From NCBI GenBank assembly GCA_013265495.1, contig MU058636.1, forward strand, positions 3,645,967-3,709,966: a stretch of DNA of 64,000 nucleotides. Direction: 5' to 3'. A program made the translations under genes and the position numbers. Shown here piece after piece: positions 12,181 to 25,499 of this stretch (its first letter is position 1; each line of letters opens with the position of its first letter). Under the pieces are notes generated by a model. That model did no database searches. It had not been told where the DNA came from and worked only from the letters and a program-made list of their open reading frames with translations. This DNA comes from Vicugna vicugna (taxonomy: Eukaryota).

Positions 12181-13904
12181 TCCTGGGCAGGGACGCTTGA
12201 AAACCCTGAAATTAGTCTCAAAGTGCGCACATGTGGGCATCCATGTTGTTCACACTGTTTCCGGGGCTGAGCGGGGAGGGAGCGGCGCGGTAAGGGTCTA
12301 TGACATTCACTGGATTCTTAAAGGCTTTCAGCACCAGGGTCTGAATGGACTCATCCAGAATCCAGACGCCGTGTCTGACAGCTGCCTGTTGTAAGTCATC
12401 TAACTAATGGAGGCACATAGCAGATGCTTCATTTCCTCTTCCGCGAACAGATGTATTGAACTGAGTCTTTTAATCTAAAAACCCTGCGTCATTTCCTAAT
12501 TTATGGAAAAGATGTCAGGTAAGAAAAATCACATTCATAAGAAATCAATTGATCCTTTGCACTTTCCAATGTAGGGCTGGGCTCAAAGAACGAGATGGTT
12601 CTACACAGTAACAAATTAAAACACAGGTCTTTCTCATACTGTCTGTTAAAGAAATGTGACTTGAAGAAATTTTTGTGAAAATGGGCTTGCAAGCCTTCCA
12701 GACTTTATAGGTGATTTCTAACTCTATGGTCCTTGGCTGTTTGAAAAAATAATCTACTCCCATATTTATCTGCACCAAAGCAAAATGGTGAAATTTCCCT
12801 TGGCTTTGGTGAGGTGTTGACAGAACAGGTAATTGAAATATCTTACTATTGCTGAAGCAAACTGACTTAAAAAAGAAGATGAGGTGGGACAGAGGAAGTA
12901 GACGTTCTCCTGAAATACTTTGTCCTTCTGTTTTCCTTCAGAGGTAGCTTGCGTGTTCATGGAGCAGTATTTCAGGAATTAGTACAGAAAGAAAATATGT
13001 GGTTTCTTTGATTCCTTCTCAAGTCTCATATGTTTATCTTAAAAATTGCCTGAAATTTTTATAGAAAAAAGGTATATAAATTTTACAAAAACTCAAAGCA
13101 CGTTCTACTTACACGTGCCCAGCAATCCAGCACTTTAAGTGCCGCCTGGCTTATACTCTAGAAATTAGGCTAAAACAAGTAAATGCCTGATTGTCCTTTG
13201 AGGCTCATCCCCCCCTTATACAAAGAATTCTGTGAGCGCCGAAGCTTTGCTCAGTATAATATGAGGATTTGGTTATATTAATGCAGAAATTCATGAATTT
13301 CCCACTATAATGCTTGAGTACGCAGAATTGAGAACTATTTCAGGTTAGTATATCAGACCTGAGAGAGAAATTGGTGTGGAAATTGATTTTTCCAAAGCCT
13401 CAACATTTCAAATGCAAAACCTCTTTTATCTGGTTACTTCTGGGGAAATAACGGCTGGGAGCTAATGAACGGGCAGAGACACCAAGATAGCTCCGCTCCG
13501 CGTTGGCCCTAATTCCACTTCCACCACCAGTCCTTGTGGGTGTTAACTTGTAGGACTGAGCTCCTAGGAAAAATCTCCTCCGACTGTCAGCCGGTGGCCG
13601 GTGGGCACTGGGGTCACTTTCACAGAGGCTGTTGTCATGCTGATTCATTCACAGCCTCTTGCCTGATCCCCCATCCCCAACACATGTGTGTGCCGGCAAA
13701 AGTGAGGCATTTCAGGCTGGACGACAGTAAGAGCGCCTTTGAATGTGAGTGGCTTCCTCCTTCTTCAAACACCTAGAGCATTCCCACTCTGCCCCAGTAT
13801 ATGTCTCCTCCAAATCTTCCATTCATGTTTACACCAGTCTCCTCAACTAGATTGTAAATTCTATGAGACGAAAAGCCTTTGTCCTGCATTTGCCTTGAAT
13901 ATAT

Positions 13905-13982
13905 ATATTTTTTAAAGTTGAAGTACAGTCAGTTACAATGTGTCGATTTCTGTTGTACAGCACAACGTCCCAGTCACGCATA
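13905..13982 (-). mobile_element. Very short L1 3'-end fragment
   Basis: ttttttaaagttgaagtacagtcagttacaatgtgt...tgtacagcacaa; similar to the L1 3' end at 18135. Confidence 0.6.
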
Positions 13983-14911
13983 GTGGCAGAAGCTTCGCAG
14001 AGGGTGTACTCTCTTTAGTAAATGGAAAGCTTCACGAGGACAGGAACTACGGATTAATCATTATTGCGTCTTAGGTAGCATCCAGTTTAATGAGTGATCA
14101 GAAGAAATCCTCAATAATTACCCTGGGGAAACTGAAATAGATAAAGCAGAGATGAGTGGACCAAGTTTTTGTGATGCTTCACAAGAACAATTTATGACGC
14201 TGGAAAACGGGGAAGGGGCAGTGTTTAGTTTTCCTCCTGGCATGGGAGCATTTCCCTAGCGTGGGCTGTTCGGTCTTGTCTTGGAACACTTTCTTTATTT
14301 GGCTTCCACGAGGCTTGCCTACCTACTTTCTTCCCCCCTGGGCAGGAGGATCTCTTGGATGTATTTTAACATCTACATAGAATCCCTGAGTGCTCCTTAC
14401 CCTTGCCAATTTCTAAAATTTTGTTTCCTACGAAAAAAGATACCTTTTTTTAACTTGCAGATTAAATATCCAATTTCCTTCTTCTCCCTTAGTATGTCCA
14501 CAGCAAAATCCTGAGTTCCTCAACCCCCAAATCACTTTCTGCCCCACCCCTGACGTTGGTTCTCATTTCAGTAAGTGGGAACTCTGTACCCACTGCTCAG
14601 GACAAAGCCTTGGGGTCACCTCTGACTCCCCTTCCTCTCATTGTGCACACCCAGTCCTCAGAAAATCATGTTGGTTTTTACCTCCAGAAGATATTGTAAA
14701 AACCTGGTCGTTTCACTACTCTGTCACCTCCACCCTGTTCTAAGCCTCCACCATCACTGCAGCATAAACTCTGTGAAGGCACAGACCTGGTCTGTTTTGT
14801 TCGTCACTGTATCTTCAGTTCCTGGAGGGAATACTGCCGGGCACACGTAGGTGCTCAGTTGCTATTTAATGGGTAGATTTCTTGCCTAGATTATTGCAGT
14901 AATCCCCTAAC

Positions 14912-15106
14912 TCTGGATTTCTCAGCCTTGGCACTCCTGACATTTGGGGCTGGACAATTCTGTTTGGAGGCTTCAAGTACATTGTAGGATGATTGACCAT
15001 TGACTGATACTCAGCAGAGCCCTCGGCACACTTCCCCACCCCAAGTTTTGACAACCAAAAATGTCTCCAGATGCTGTCGGATGTCCACTAGGGGGCAGAA
15101 CCACTG
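14912..15106 (+). mobile_element. MER20 hAT-Charlie element inserted in L2-derived sequence
   Basis: ttctcagccttggcactcctgacatttggggctggacaattct...tgacaaccaaaaatgtctccaga...agaaccactg. Confidence 0.8.
15085..15098 (+). promoter_or_regulatory. CTCF binding motif inside MER20
   Basis: CCACTAGGGGGCAG matches the core CCASYAGRKGGCRS. Confidence 0.55.
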
Positions 15107-16089
15107 CCACAGCTGGTCCTCCCGCTTCATGCTCATGCCCCGTAGTCTCTGAGCAGCCAGAGTGACCCTCCAAACATGTAAGTCAAACCATGGCTTCCTG
15201 TTGACTCACAGTAAAATCCAGATACCTTACAGCACCTGTAAGTCCTCTCCCTTCCCCCACCCCTCCCTGCCTAGTGCTCCCTGCGTCTCAGACACAATCT
15301 TTGCTTGTCCCTGGGACACATCAGGCACGTTCCTGCCTCAGAACCTCAACAGTTACTGTCCCCTTGCCTGGAACATTCTGCTCCCAGACTCCTATGTGGA
15401 GCCTATGAAGCAGAGTCCTCTTCTGTCCTCGGCACCCCAGCCCCTACCTCGCTCTGTGCCTCAGTAGTGCTCACCACCTGTTGATGGACAAATGTGTCCA
15501 GAATGGCGCCTGGCTGTGGTTAGGTGATGGGTGAATGGCCGGTGGCCAGGTGGGTGCACATGGAAGATGGTGGCTCTGTCGAAGATCCTCCTTCACCTTC
15601 AGTCTTTGGCTCTCTCCTAAGTCTTGCCAAATCACAGCTAGTTCTCTTTCCTCCTAACACTGAACATACGACCAGAACTCAACAAACAGCGTGAAAGAAC
15701 CAACATAGACAACGAAAAGCATCACGGGAGATATCATCCAGAACCCAGCTTGGACCCAAGGATGTGGGCTTTGTTTGGGGTTAACAGCACAGCTGAGTGA
15801 TTCCTCCTAGAGTCTGGGTTTGGACTGCCTGGTACAGCCAGGTGTCCTCTGATCCCCTGTGTGGTCATTGGCAAGGACATTTCCTACCTGTGCCATCAGG
15901 CCTTATCTGTAATGTGACAGAGTTCCCTGGGCTGTTGTGAGGATTAAGAGAATTAATTATACACGCAAATTACTTAGGTATGTAGTGAGCCCTGGATAAA
16001 TACTTGCTAGTGTTACTAGTCTGTGTATTTTCTGTCTTCATGAGGTGCCTGGTGACAAGATGAAACGTTGAAAGTTTCTGCAAGACATT

Positions 16090-16780
16090 TGCTCAGTCAG
16101 TCTACACGTATGGACAGCCTACAATGTGCTATGCTGTTCTAGGTCCGCGGACGTGTGTTGAATAGGACAAACAGGGTCCCTGTCTTCCTGAAGTTTACTT
16201 TCTGTTTTGAGGACATGGGCCAATAAGCAAATTAACAACAAGTTATCAGATAGTGGTAGGCGCTGCGATAGAATGAAGCGGGGCAGGGTGAAGAGGTACG
16301 GAGGGAAGGGGGGAGGGGCATTGCTTTAGGTTTCATGATCTGGACAAATTGCTTTGAAAGGCAGCTTTTATGCTGTTACCTGAATAACAAGGCAGCAGCC
16401 AGGCAAACACCTGGGGCAAGAGTTTTCCAAGCACAGTAACCAGCTCATTCAGAACCCCAAGCGGGGATAAAACTAGGTGTATTCGAGAAGCAGAAAGGAG
16501 GCTGGTGTCGGGGCAGTGGGGTGGGGTGCTGGGGAGCATGATGGAGAGAGTGGGTGAGAATAGGGTTGGAGGGACTGAGTCACGAGGCACTGGAGCCCAC
16601 AGGAAAGGGTCCAGCTATTTTGTGAAAGGACTGGGGACTCATTGGAGGTTTAAAGCAGGGAGTGACATTTTCCAAAGGCCCCTCTGGCTTCTGGGTGGGG
16701 AATAGACTGCAGAGAGGCACGCATGAAAATCAGTGCCCTGATGGGGGACAATGACAAGCAAAGCACGTGACCAGTGGGGG
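16090..16780 (-). mobile_element. L2 LINE fragment
   Basis: L2 3'-like motifs (cctacaatgtgct...aacagggtccctgtcttcctgaagtttact...gaggtttaaagcagggagtgacat). Confidence 0.6.
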
Positions 16781-17644
16781 TGATGATGGCGGAGTTTCTG
16801 TCAGGATGTGATGCTCTGATGCAGCGCTCAGTTCTGATGCTGACACGAGCCACAGCGCCCAGTGAGGATGTGGTCCTGGCCCATCCTTGCTACCCAGGAA
16901 GGAGGTTGGCTTAGCCCTTCAGGCCTCCTACTTTTTTCTCTCCAAGGAGATTTTAATGTAAACCTGTAATGTGAGCAGTGTCGGGGCAAAAGGTGAGACT
17001 AGACTCCCTTTACTTCTAGAACTTTCTTCCATGGCTTCTAGAAATATTAAGAAAATAAAATAGTGTTGAGTCTAAAGGGAGAACAACAGAATCCAGACAG
17101 ATGCTGACCAAGAATCCTGTGCTGACAGTGGGTTTATTTATTAAATAGTACATTTCGACAGCGGCAGTAACTACATGTGGAAAATGTTTGTTTCAAGAAT
17201 CTTGGGTGAAAAAATACAAAACACAGAGACTTCTTCCAAAGGTTAAAAGCTGAAGGGCCCCGTGTTCTCCCCATTTTGTAAGTTTTATTCTGAATGAGGC
17301 CATATGTTTCATATTTCATAAACAGTCACTGGGTTGGAAGGATTTATTTTTTGGATCCAGTAGACTGAAGGCCAAAGGGTTCTTTTGTTTTTGTGTTTTG
17401 TTTTTTGAGGGCTTTTTTTTTCTGTTCTAATTTGGACCCCTATCTATAGATCTGCCATTTTCCCTGCATAGAGTACTTTCCAAAATGCAAGGAAGAGGCC
17501 AAGTGAAGTTGTCAGAGGTCTACCTCCTGGCTCTTCTGAAGACCAAACCACTGCTGACGATAGGACTTAAGTCCCTGAAAGTGGTCTTTGGTCCGATGTT
17601 TGCCGAGTTAGTCCGTGCAAGATCACTTCTTGGGCAACCTGGGC

Positions 17645-17830
17645 TAGGGTTGCCAGATCGAGTATAGAACACCAGTTAAATTTAAATTTCAGATTTTAAA
17701 AAGTGAATAGTATTTTAGTGTAAGTACACCCCAAGCATCATGAGGACAGTTAATAGTTGTTTATTTAAAATTCGAATTTAACTGACTAGCACCCTGCCTG
17801 TGCTTTTATTTGATTACATGGCATCTCGAG
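17645..17830. mobile_element. MER53 palindromic hAT-like MITE
   Basis: TAGGGTTGCCAGAT...ccagttaaatttaaatttcaga with the inverted arm aaattcgaatttaactg. Confidence 0.75.
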
Positions 17831-18134
17831 CCCTTAGGGATGGGGGGGGGATGGCTGGGAAGCATTTCCAGCAGCAGGAGCCACTCACGCCACATGTCTG
17901 CTGCCTCCTTGGGCCTGTCCACCTCTGGTCACCTGCTCTTCTCTGCCCTGCTGGACCAGCCAACATAGAGTAAGAGGGCGTGGTCACTGGAGTGAGAAGC
18001 TCTCTCTCTTTATCTTCTTTCTTGTGTCTCAGTTAGACTGCCAAGTCTATATTTAGGACATTCCCTCCTAGTAGAAGACATCATCCATCTATCCATCCAT
18101 CCATCCATTTAATAAGTATTTATAGAACACCTTT

Positions 18135-19032
18135 TTTAAAATTGAAGTATAGTTGATTTACAATGTTGTGTTAATTCCTGGTGTACAACATAGTGATTCA
18201 GCTATATATATATATATATATATATATAGATATAGATATAGATAGATAGATAGATAGATAGACAGATAGATATATTCCTTTTCATATTCATATTCTTTTT
18301 CATTATCGGCTATTATAAGGTATTGACTATAGTTCCCTATGCTATGCAGTAGGAACTTTTTGTTTATCTATTTTATATATAGTAGTTAGTATCTGCAAAT
18401 TCTGAACTTCCAGTTTATCCCTCCGCCCTCCCCTCTGCCCTTTGGTAACCATAAATTTGTTTTGTATGTCAGTGAGTCTGTTTCTGATTTGTAAATAAGT
18501 TAATTTGTGTCATTTTTTAGATTCCACATGTGAGTGTTATCATATGGTATTTTTCTTTCTCTTTCTGATTTATTTCACTTAGTATGACAATCTCCAGATC
18601 CATCCATGTTGCTGCACGGCACTATTTTAATTCTTTTAAATGGCTCAGTAGTATTCCATTATATAAATATACCACACCTTCTTTATCTAGTCATCTGTCA
18701 GTGGGCACTTGGGTTGCTTCCATGTCTTGGCTATTGTAAATAGTGCTCTGTGAATATTGGGGTGCATTTATATTTTTGAATTAGTTTCCTATGGATATAT
18801 GCCCAGGTGTGTGATTGTTGGATCATATGGTAACTCTATTTTTAACTTTTTTAAGGAATCTCCAGACTGTTCTCCATAGTGACTGCACCAAACACCCTTT
18901 CCAGCATTGATCATTTGTGGACTTTTTAATCATGGCCATTCTGATTGGTGTAAGGTGATACTTCATTGTAGTTTTGATTTGTATTTCTCTGATAATTAGC
19001 AACATTGAGCATTTTTTCAAGCGCCTATTGGC
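18135..19032 (-). mobile_element. 5'-truncated L1 (3' UTR and ORF2 end) with 11-bp TSD
   Basis: TSD AGAACACCTTT at 18124-18134 and 19033-19043. ORF 18823..19020 (MKKCSMLLIIREIQIKTTMKYHLTPIRMA) is an L1 ORF2 C-terminal motif. Confidence 0.92.
18203..18274. repeat. (TA)n/(GATATA)n/(GATA)n compound microsatellite inside the L1 3' end
   Basis: Direct reading. Confidence 0.9.
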
Positions 19033-19304
19033 AGAACACCTTTGAAATATCAGACACCATGCAGCAAAGCCATAATCTCTCTGAGAACATGTTATGTGAA
19101 CCAGTAATGTTCTGTCTTGGAGCCAACTTCTTGGAAATCCTCCAGAGCACAGGAAGTAGCTGCTGTGATGAACAGAACAGCTCTGATCCCAGCATCTCTG
19201 GACCTTCCCAACTGAGCCTCCATACCTCAGACGCCACGGGTTGCCCTGGCTCTACTCCTGTGACATGTAGTCCAGGGAAGCTGAGAGCTAGACAGGACTG
19301 TCCC

Positions 19305-19690
19305 AACGTATCGGTTAGGGAGGCTACTAGTTGTAACAAACAGATCTCAACATGTATAGTCACATGAGAGGTTTATTTCTTGTTCAGGCAATACTGGGTA
19401 GGGGCAGAGTTTGGTGGGCAACTCAGTTCAGCACAGCTGCTCAGGGGCTTGGATTGGCAGAGGCTCTGCCTTCTTCACTGGTCACTTCCAAGTTTTCTCA
19501 GTCGTCCTCATTCCAGCCAGCCAGGAGAGGATGAGCATGAGGAGACACACGTGGAAGATTTTTAAGACCAGGCCTGGAAGTGGCCCACATCACTCCCTCT
19601 CAGGTCCCTTGGCTAGCCACCTGGCCTCTCCTAGTTGCAGGGGAGGTCAGGCAATGTGTGCCCGGGAAGATGCTAAGAACATGGATTTGG
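19305..19690. mobile_element. Old MaLR LTR (MLT1J/K-like)
   Basis: tgtaacaaacagatctcaa...gaggtttatttct...ccaggcctggaagtggcccacatcact. Confidence 0.55.
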
Positions 19691-22600
19691 CTAACTTCTC
19701 TGAGCCTCAGCTTCCTTGTTTGTGAAACACTCCCCTGGTTACTTCCCAAATTCAACTGGTAAAATTTGGCTGGGACCCACCATCAGCAGCTCTGACAACA
19801 TTTCCTGGTGCCCCTGTCCCAGTGTCAGTCCTCCTCACATCCCCCAAAAGCCACTCTGTGGACAAAGGAGAACTGATCCCTCTTCTGCTTTCCCATCTGC
19901 CTGCTTCTTGGTTCTCACCCTTCTCAACGCGCTGCCAAGAGTGAAGACGCTTCATCTCCCAGGACCAGCTCCCTCAGTGCATTTACTGGCTGGTCGCTTT
20001 GGAACTTTGAATGCATTTCTCCACAGAAGCAGCTGTAGGTGGGGTGGTTCGATTCCCAGTGAAGCCCAGCCCCCCTCTTCTGGCCCCAGGCAACACTAAG
20101 GGGTGGGCTGGGGGGAGGCTCTGGCACCTGGGCAGTTCCCATGGCAGCAACTGAGAAGGCTGGCAGCAGGGAGCGGGGGAGGAGTTCAGGGGCCCCAGAG
20201 GCTTTGTGAGTGGCTGGTTCCCATGGCAACAGTGGGGTGGCCTCCACAACAGCCAGGGACCAATAGCACCAGCTAGAAGCTGATGGTAAGTTCCGAGCTC
20301 GAGCTCGACCATGTAAGTAAGCCTGGAGCCGCCTGGAGCTGCCACCTGGAGCAGAGCACCTTTGGAGCTGGGCTAGTTCCATGGCCAGCGTGCACTAAAT
20401 AGCTCCGTTTCCATCTCATTGAAACAAACATTTATTGAGCATCTGTATGCCCAGCACTGCAATGGATGCTGGGAACCCGGAAGAAGAGTCACCGGCCCTC
20501 TCCTGGCAGGTCTCCCAGCCTAGAGTGGAGGCAAACACACATGCATAGAGAGGGACGGTGCCCAGGTGACCCAGGCCGGAAGGAGGGGATCAGGGAGGCT
20601 CTGGGAGGAGGAGAGGCATGAGGATGAGTATGGTTTCAGTAGGAAGGAGAAGCTTTGGTCTAAATGACACCTGCAGAAGCCCAGAGAGAGGCTGCGGAAG
20701 CTGTGATGGGGTCACGTGCAGGGTGGGTGTGTGGGCGGGCAGACGGCCCAGGGACTGCTGGTGACCTTGGAGCAGGAGCATCTACAGACTTTGGATCAAG
20801 TTCTGGGGGGACGTAGGCCCTGAAACCTGCTCAGAGATGAGCATTTGAGGACAGTAAGTCCATTGGATCCATGAATATTTTCAAAATTTTTAACTAGTTT
20901 TAGATTTCTTGCATTTATAAAAACAAAAACAAAAACAAAAACCTTGAGGACGCTTCTCTAATGTTTGGTAAATCTTGTCCACTGACAAGTCCTGTCTACA
21001 CCCTCCAAATGATCAAGATTATAGTCTGGAGACCAGCTGAAACTTTTCTTAAAAGTTGGAGAACGTTACCTTGTCCTGCAGGGAGCGTCTTTGTGGGCAG
21101 CAATCTTTCTCTTTGCTCCAGGCAGCCCGGCATCTACACTTGAGGCCCGCCTTAACGTCCAGGTATCCACACTCACACATGGAGCGACCAAATGTCCTGG
21201 TTTCAGCTCTGAGAGTCCCTCCCCACAGGAAACCCCCCAGCCCCCGGGGCAAACCTCCAGGACAGGGAGGAAAGGCTCAGCCCAGACCTCAGGCTTTTAA
21301 GACGCTGCCCGGCAGTGGGGTCCTAGAGAGAAGGCTGGCTTCAGAGCCAGGCCCGCCCAACTGATGCTTGATTTCTCGGCGTGTGTGTGAGATCTTAGAG
21401 AAGTTTCTTCACCTTTTTGATCCTTGGTTTTCTCATCTCTTATCAGAAACAATAATACCCATCTTATGGGTTTGGAAACAATGTAAGTTAGATGCTGACA
21501 GGTAGGAAGTGCTCAGTAAATGACAGCTGATACCTGCCCGGGAAGGCAGAGCAGCAGGCATCATGTCCTGTGGTATGAGCTGTGCTGAGCTTCTCTGTTG
21601 AATGTTGACACAGAGGAGGCGCATGGAACACAACTGCTTCCGACTCCTGGGTGAGGCTCGCAGGTGGGGCCCTCCTGCCGCGCACACGTCCGCTGTGGAC
21701 TGTGAGTAGAAATTAGGGAGAAGCGAGTGCAGTGCAGAGAGCAGCAGGGACGTTGGAGCACTGACGGTTACACACACAAAGCTCACCCGGTCTCTGGACT
21801 CGAGCTCCGTTCATGTCGGGAAAGAAACCGCAGTTGGAGGATTCTGAAGCCTGGAAGTGCCTGGAGCAGAGAGCTGAGTTGCCTAGCAGGGGGTACGGGC
21901 ATTCAGAATTCCTAGGAAGTTCTGGAACAATCTAGTATATTCTGGCATGTACTCCCTGTGGGTGAAGCCAGGGGGCAGAGAGAAGTTCCCGTTTGATTTG
22001 TGAGAAGATGCTGCTTTTGAGGGAGAGGTGGAGTTTGCTGACTTATCTAGTTGAGGAAGCCTCCCGGGGGCCACAGAGGCCTTGCAGCCGCATCTGGAGA
22101 GGTCTGCTGCCCTCCTCAGAGCTCAGGACTCTGGACAGAGAAGCAAACTTCCTCCAGGAGTGTGGCCAGGTCTAAATTGTACTGTGATTTCTTTGCCAGA
22201 AAGTTTGAAGACCATTAACTGTGGAAAATCAGTGCTTTCCTCACATGCCCCCCCAGAGTTGGATGTCTCCTCTTGAAGGTCATCTTTTGTGCTGAAGCTG
22301 TGGAGAAGGCATGTTTCTTTCTTGTTCAGAAATCAGAGCTCCTTTAAGAACGTCATCTGCGATGACATGAAGTGAGGTTAGTGATGAGCAGGTGTCTGGC
22401 CTCTCGAGAATGCTCTGTGTCTCAGGGCCAGTGGCTCCAATCACGGTGACGGGGGAGACGAGGCTGGAAGGAACCTGCCCTGCAACCCAAAACGACAGAG
22501 AATTAATCACTGGCTGCATTTCCCTCCCATTCACAAGGCCAGGTCTGGGTCCACTGTCCTGTGGGGACCGGAACAGTGCTCTGCCTTGACGTCTCCACTG

Positions 22601-25499
22601 AGCCCTCTTCCCACCCCTTGTCTGTGCGCCTCTGATGACTGAATGTCATCCCCAGGGCCACGTGCATCGTCTTCATCTGTTGACCCTCCATCTGGGGGAC
22701 CACTGCTTTTAGAGACAATGACCACGGCATCTCGGATCGGAGCTCCTTCCTGTGGTAACATCAACAGCAGCATCTTACCAGAGCTGCTCTGGCAGCAGGT
22801 GGAGGGCGGACCTGCGTGCTTTGCTTTGGGTTCTTAATAAATACAGTAAATTCAGTCTCGTCAAACGTGAGCTTGTATTATAATGGGGTAGGTGGAATGG
22901 CCAGGTGAGCTTGGTGCAGAGGGCAGGAATCCCTCACCCCTCCCTTTAGAGCCATCTACTGTCACTGCGGGTGTGTTATCTTGGGGCTTCGTTCTGTGTG
23001 AAATAAAGACATCATTTCCACCAAGTGCAAAGGGAGCAAACTCTACCTGCATTTTGCAGATCCAGTGAGCGCGGTAATGAGAGATTCCGATGCAGACAGG
23101 CCATCGGTTTGAGCTGGGGAGGTGGCCAGGGGAGGACTCCATTTGTTCAGATGCTCTGACCTCAGTACCACACCCCCTCCTGTCACCCGAGCCAGGCATC
23201 TGAGTGTGGGAGCGGCTGACTCTGGCTTACATATGTGGAGCCTGGGGGTCAGGCAGTTGGGGTGCCGAGCCCCCAAGCTGAGCAGGGAGCCCCTCAGAAC
23301 AGCGACTGTGTGCCCCAGCCCCCAAGCGCCTGCTGGCGAGCCAGGCAGGGCTCCTGGATCTCATTAGGCCACAGCTGCCCTGCAGCTTGGACACTGCGAG
23401 CAGAGACAGGGCCTGGTTTCCATCACTTGAGTGCTGATTCGGCCTGTAATCATCATCAGAGGGCACATTCCAGGTTCGTGGTTTAAGAGGAAAGCATACT
23501 TTTGTCTACAATCAAGAAGCCATTCCTCTCTGAGTGTTTAATGCTTCTCTGAGGCTCAGCACCACTCCTCCTTCTGTCTGGATCTGACCATACAGCTTTG
23601 ATTTCAGAGACAGGCCGGCAGGATGCTTGGAAGGGCACGGGGGCCCCGAGTCTGGATCTGCCTCAGAGCTTAAACGTGCAGATGTCACCGATGAATGTGC
23701 ACTGTGTTCCTGTGCTGGGGGTTCCCCGGGGAGTGCTGGGCTCTGCATCTTTATTGGAAACACCCAATAAACCCCTGGCTTCAATGCCCTGTTGTTTTAG
23801 TGCAGGGCTTAGATGCAGCCTCCTTCAGGCTGCCAAAGTACCTTTGACCACACCGCTGCTTGCCGTCCACAGCCAGTGTGACTCCCTGGACCCCCGGCCC
23901 GCTCCAGCAGAGCCTCCAGGAGCAGACGATGCTCTGGCTTTCTCTTTACGTGCAGAGCGAGTTCTCAACGCAGTGACCCACTCTTCTCTGTGCTCCAGAT
24001 AACACTGGGGCCACCTGTCATCAGGGATGGGGCGGTGGATAAGCTGTACTCAGCCAGACACCTACTCACCCATGGGAGATTTTGAAAGCCAGCTGGCTGA
24101 GGCTCAAAGTGGGCCCTGGGGCAAAGGGACAGTTCGTCTGCATGCGGTGAAGCCACGTCCCACACTTCTCTAGGTTATAACCAGCCCATGTGGTAACAGC
24201 TAGCTATTTGATAATCACAGGCGGACAGAGTTTTTATCGGCCAGAGACATAGAAAATTAAAGCCTGTGTGTTAAATAGCTTCACAGAAGAGACAACGCGC
24301 GTTTTCGCTCCCGGACGGCCTGTTGTTGCTGCAGCCGGAGGACGCGGGTCCCGGCCGAGGGCTCACGGACTCACTGTCGAGGGGGAGGCCTTCCAGGCCG
24401 AGCTCACCGGACCGCAGCCCACGGACATGTGCGCGGCGGCCACTCAGGCCGGGCGGCCGGCCATACCCAAGTCGGGCAGGCTCCTGGTGCTCAGGAATCT
24501 GGGGTCAATTAGGGATCAGTGGGGCCAGAGGATTTACAGCAATTGCAGACAGCAGGGCAGGCTCTGGAGGTAACGGTGGGGGAAGGCGGCACACATGTGG
24601 ATACAACCTTGCTGTCCCCAGAGGGGGCCACGCTCTACCCCCGCCCCTCAAAGCCTTCTTCTCAACAAGTGGGACTGTCCACGGCCAAGGCTTAGCTGCT
24701 GGTCAGGGGAGTCACCAACGACTGGTCCGTCACTTACCCTTTGCTGTGGGTGCCGAATTCGTAGTCACTTAGGGGCAATGTCTGCAAATTTCTGAAGGAC
24801 CGTGGACGCTAACTTCACCTGATTTCACCCGTATCTTATATTTTTAAGCCACAGGTTTCCGTGATTTGACTGACCAGGATGTTAGGTCTTTATTTGTCTG
24901 TCATTGTTTCTCATTTTGTCAGAAGGGACAGGGGTCAGAGGGTCCAGGTCTGGTGCCGGCTGTGGGCTCTGGGGCAGCTGCCCCTCCTCTCCTCCATACA
25001 GAGCTCCCCCTGCCCGTGGCCACTTTCCCTTGTCTGCCCGGTGGCCTCTGCTGTCTGTGGCTTTTAGCTCAAAGCTCTCCTCATCAGAAGGACCTCCCCA
25101 GTCACCCCCTAGCCCCACCAGAGATCCTTCCTCTTGGCCCCTTCCAATCCTGGGCACAATGCTCACTGGCCTTGTCCCCTGTGCTGGCCTTCCTTGCCGA
25201 GTCATCTGCCTCCCCTACCTGCCAGGAGCTGCCAGGGGTCCTCTCGGGTCCCCGGCATTCCTGGAGGACCTGGTGTCTAGCAAGGACTTAATACGGGTTC
25301 ATTTTATGAATATGAAGTGGACCTGCTTAACTCACAAGAGAACAAACATCTCCCAAATAAGTAACAATAACATAGTAATTCTGTGATAATAATAACAAAA
25401 TGGCCACGTGGCTAGCCTGTTCTAAGTCTCTGTCGTTTGTGTCTCAGCTAAAGGCACAGCCCGTGCACTAAGGACTAGTGTTATCTGCATTGTAAAGAT

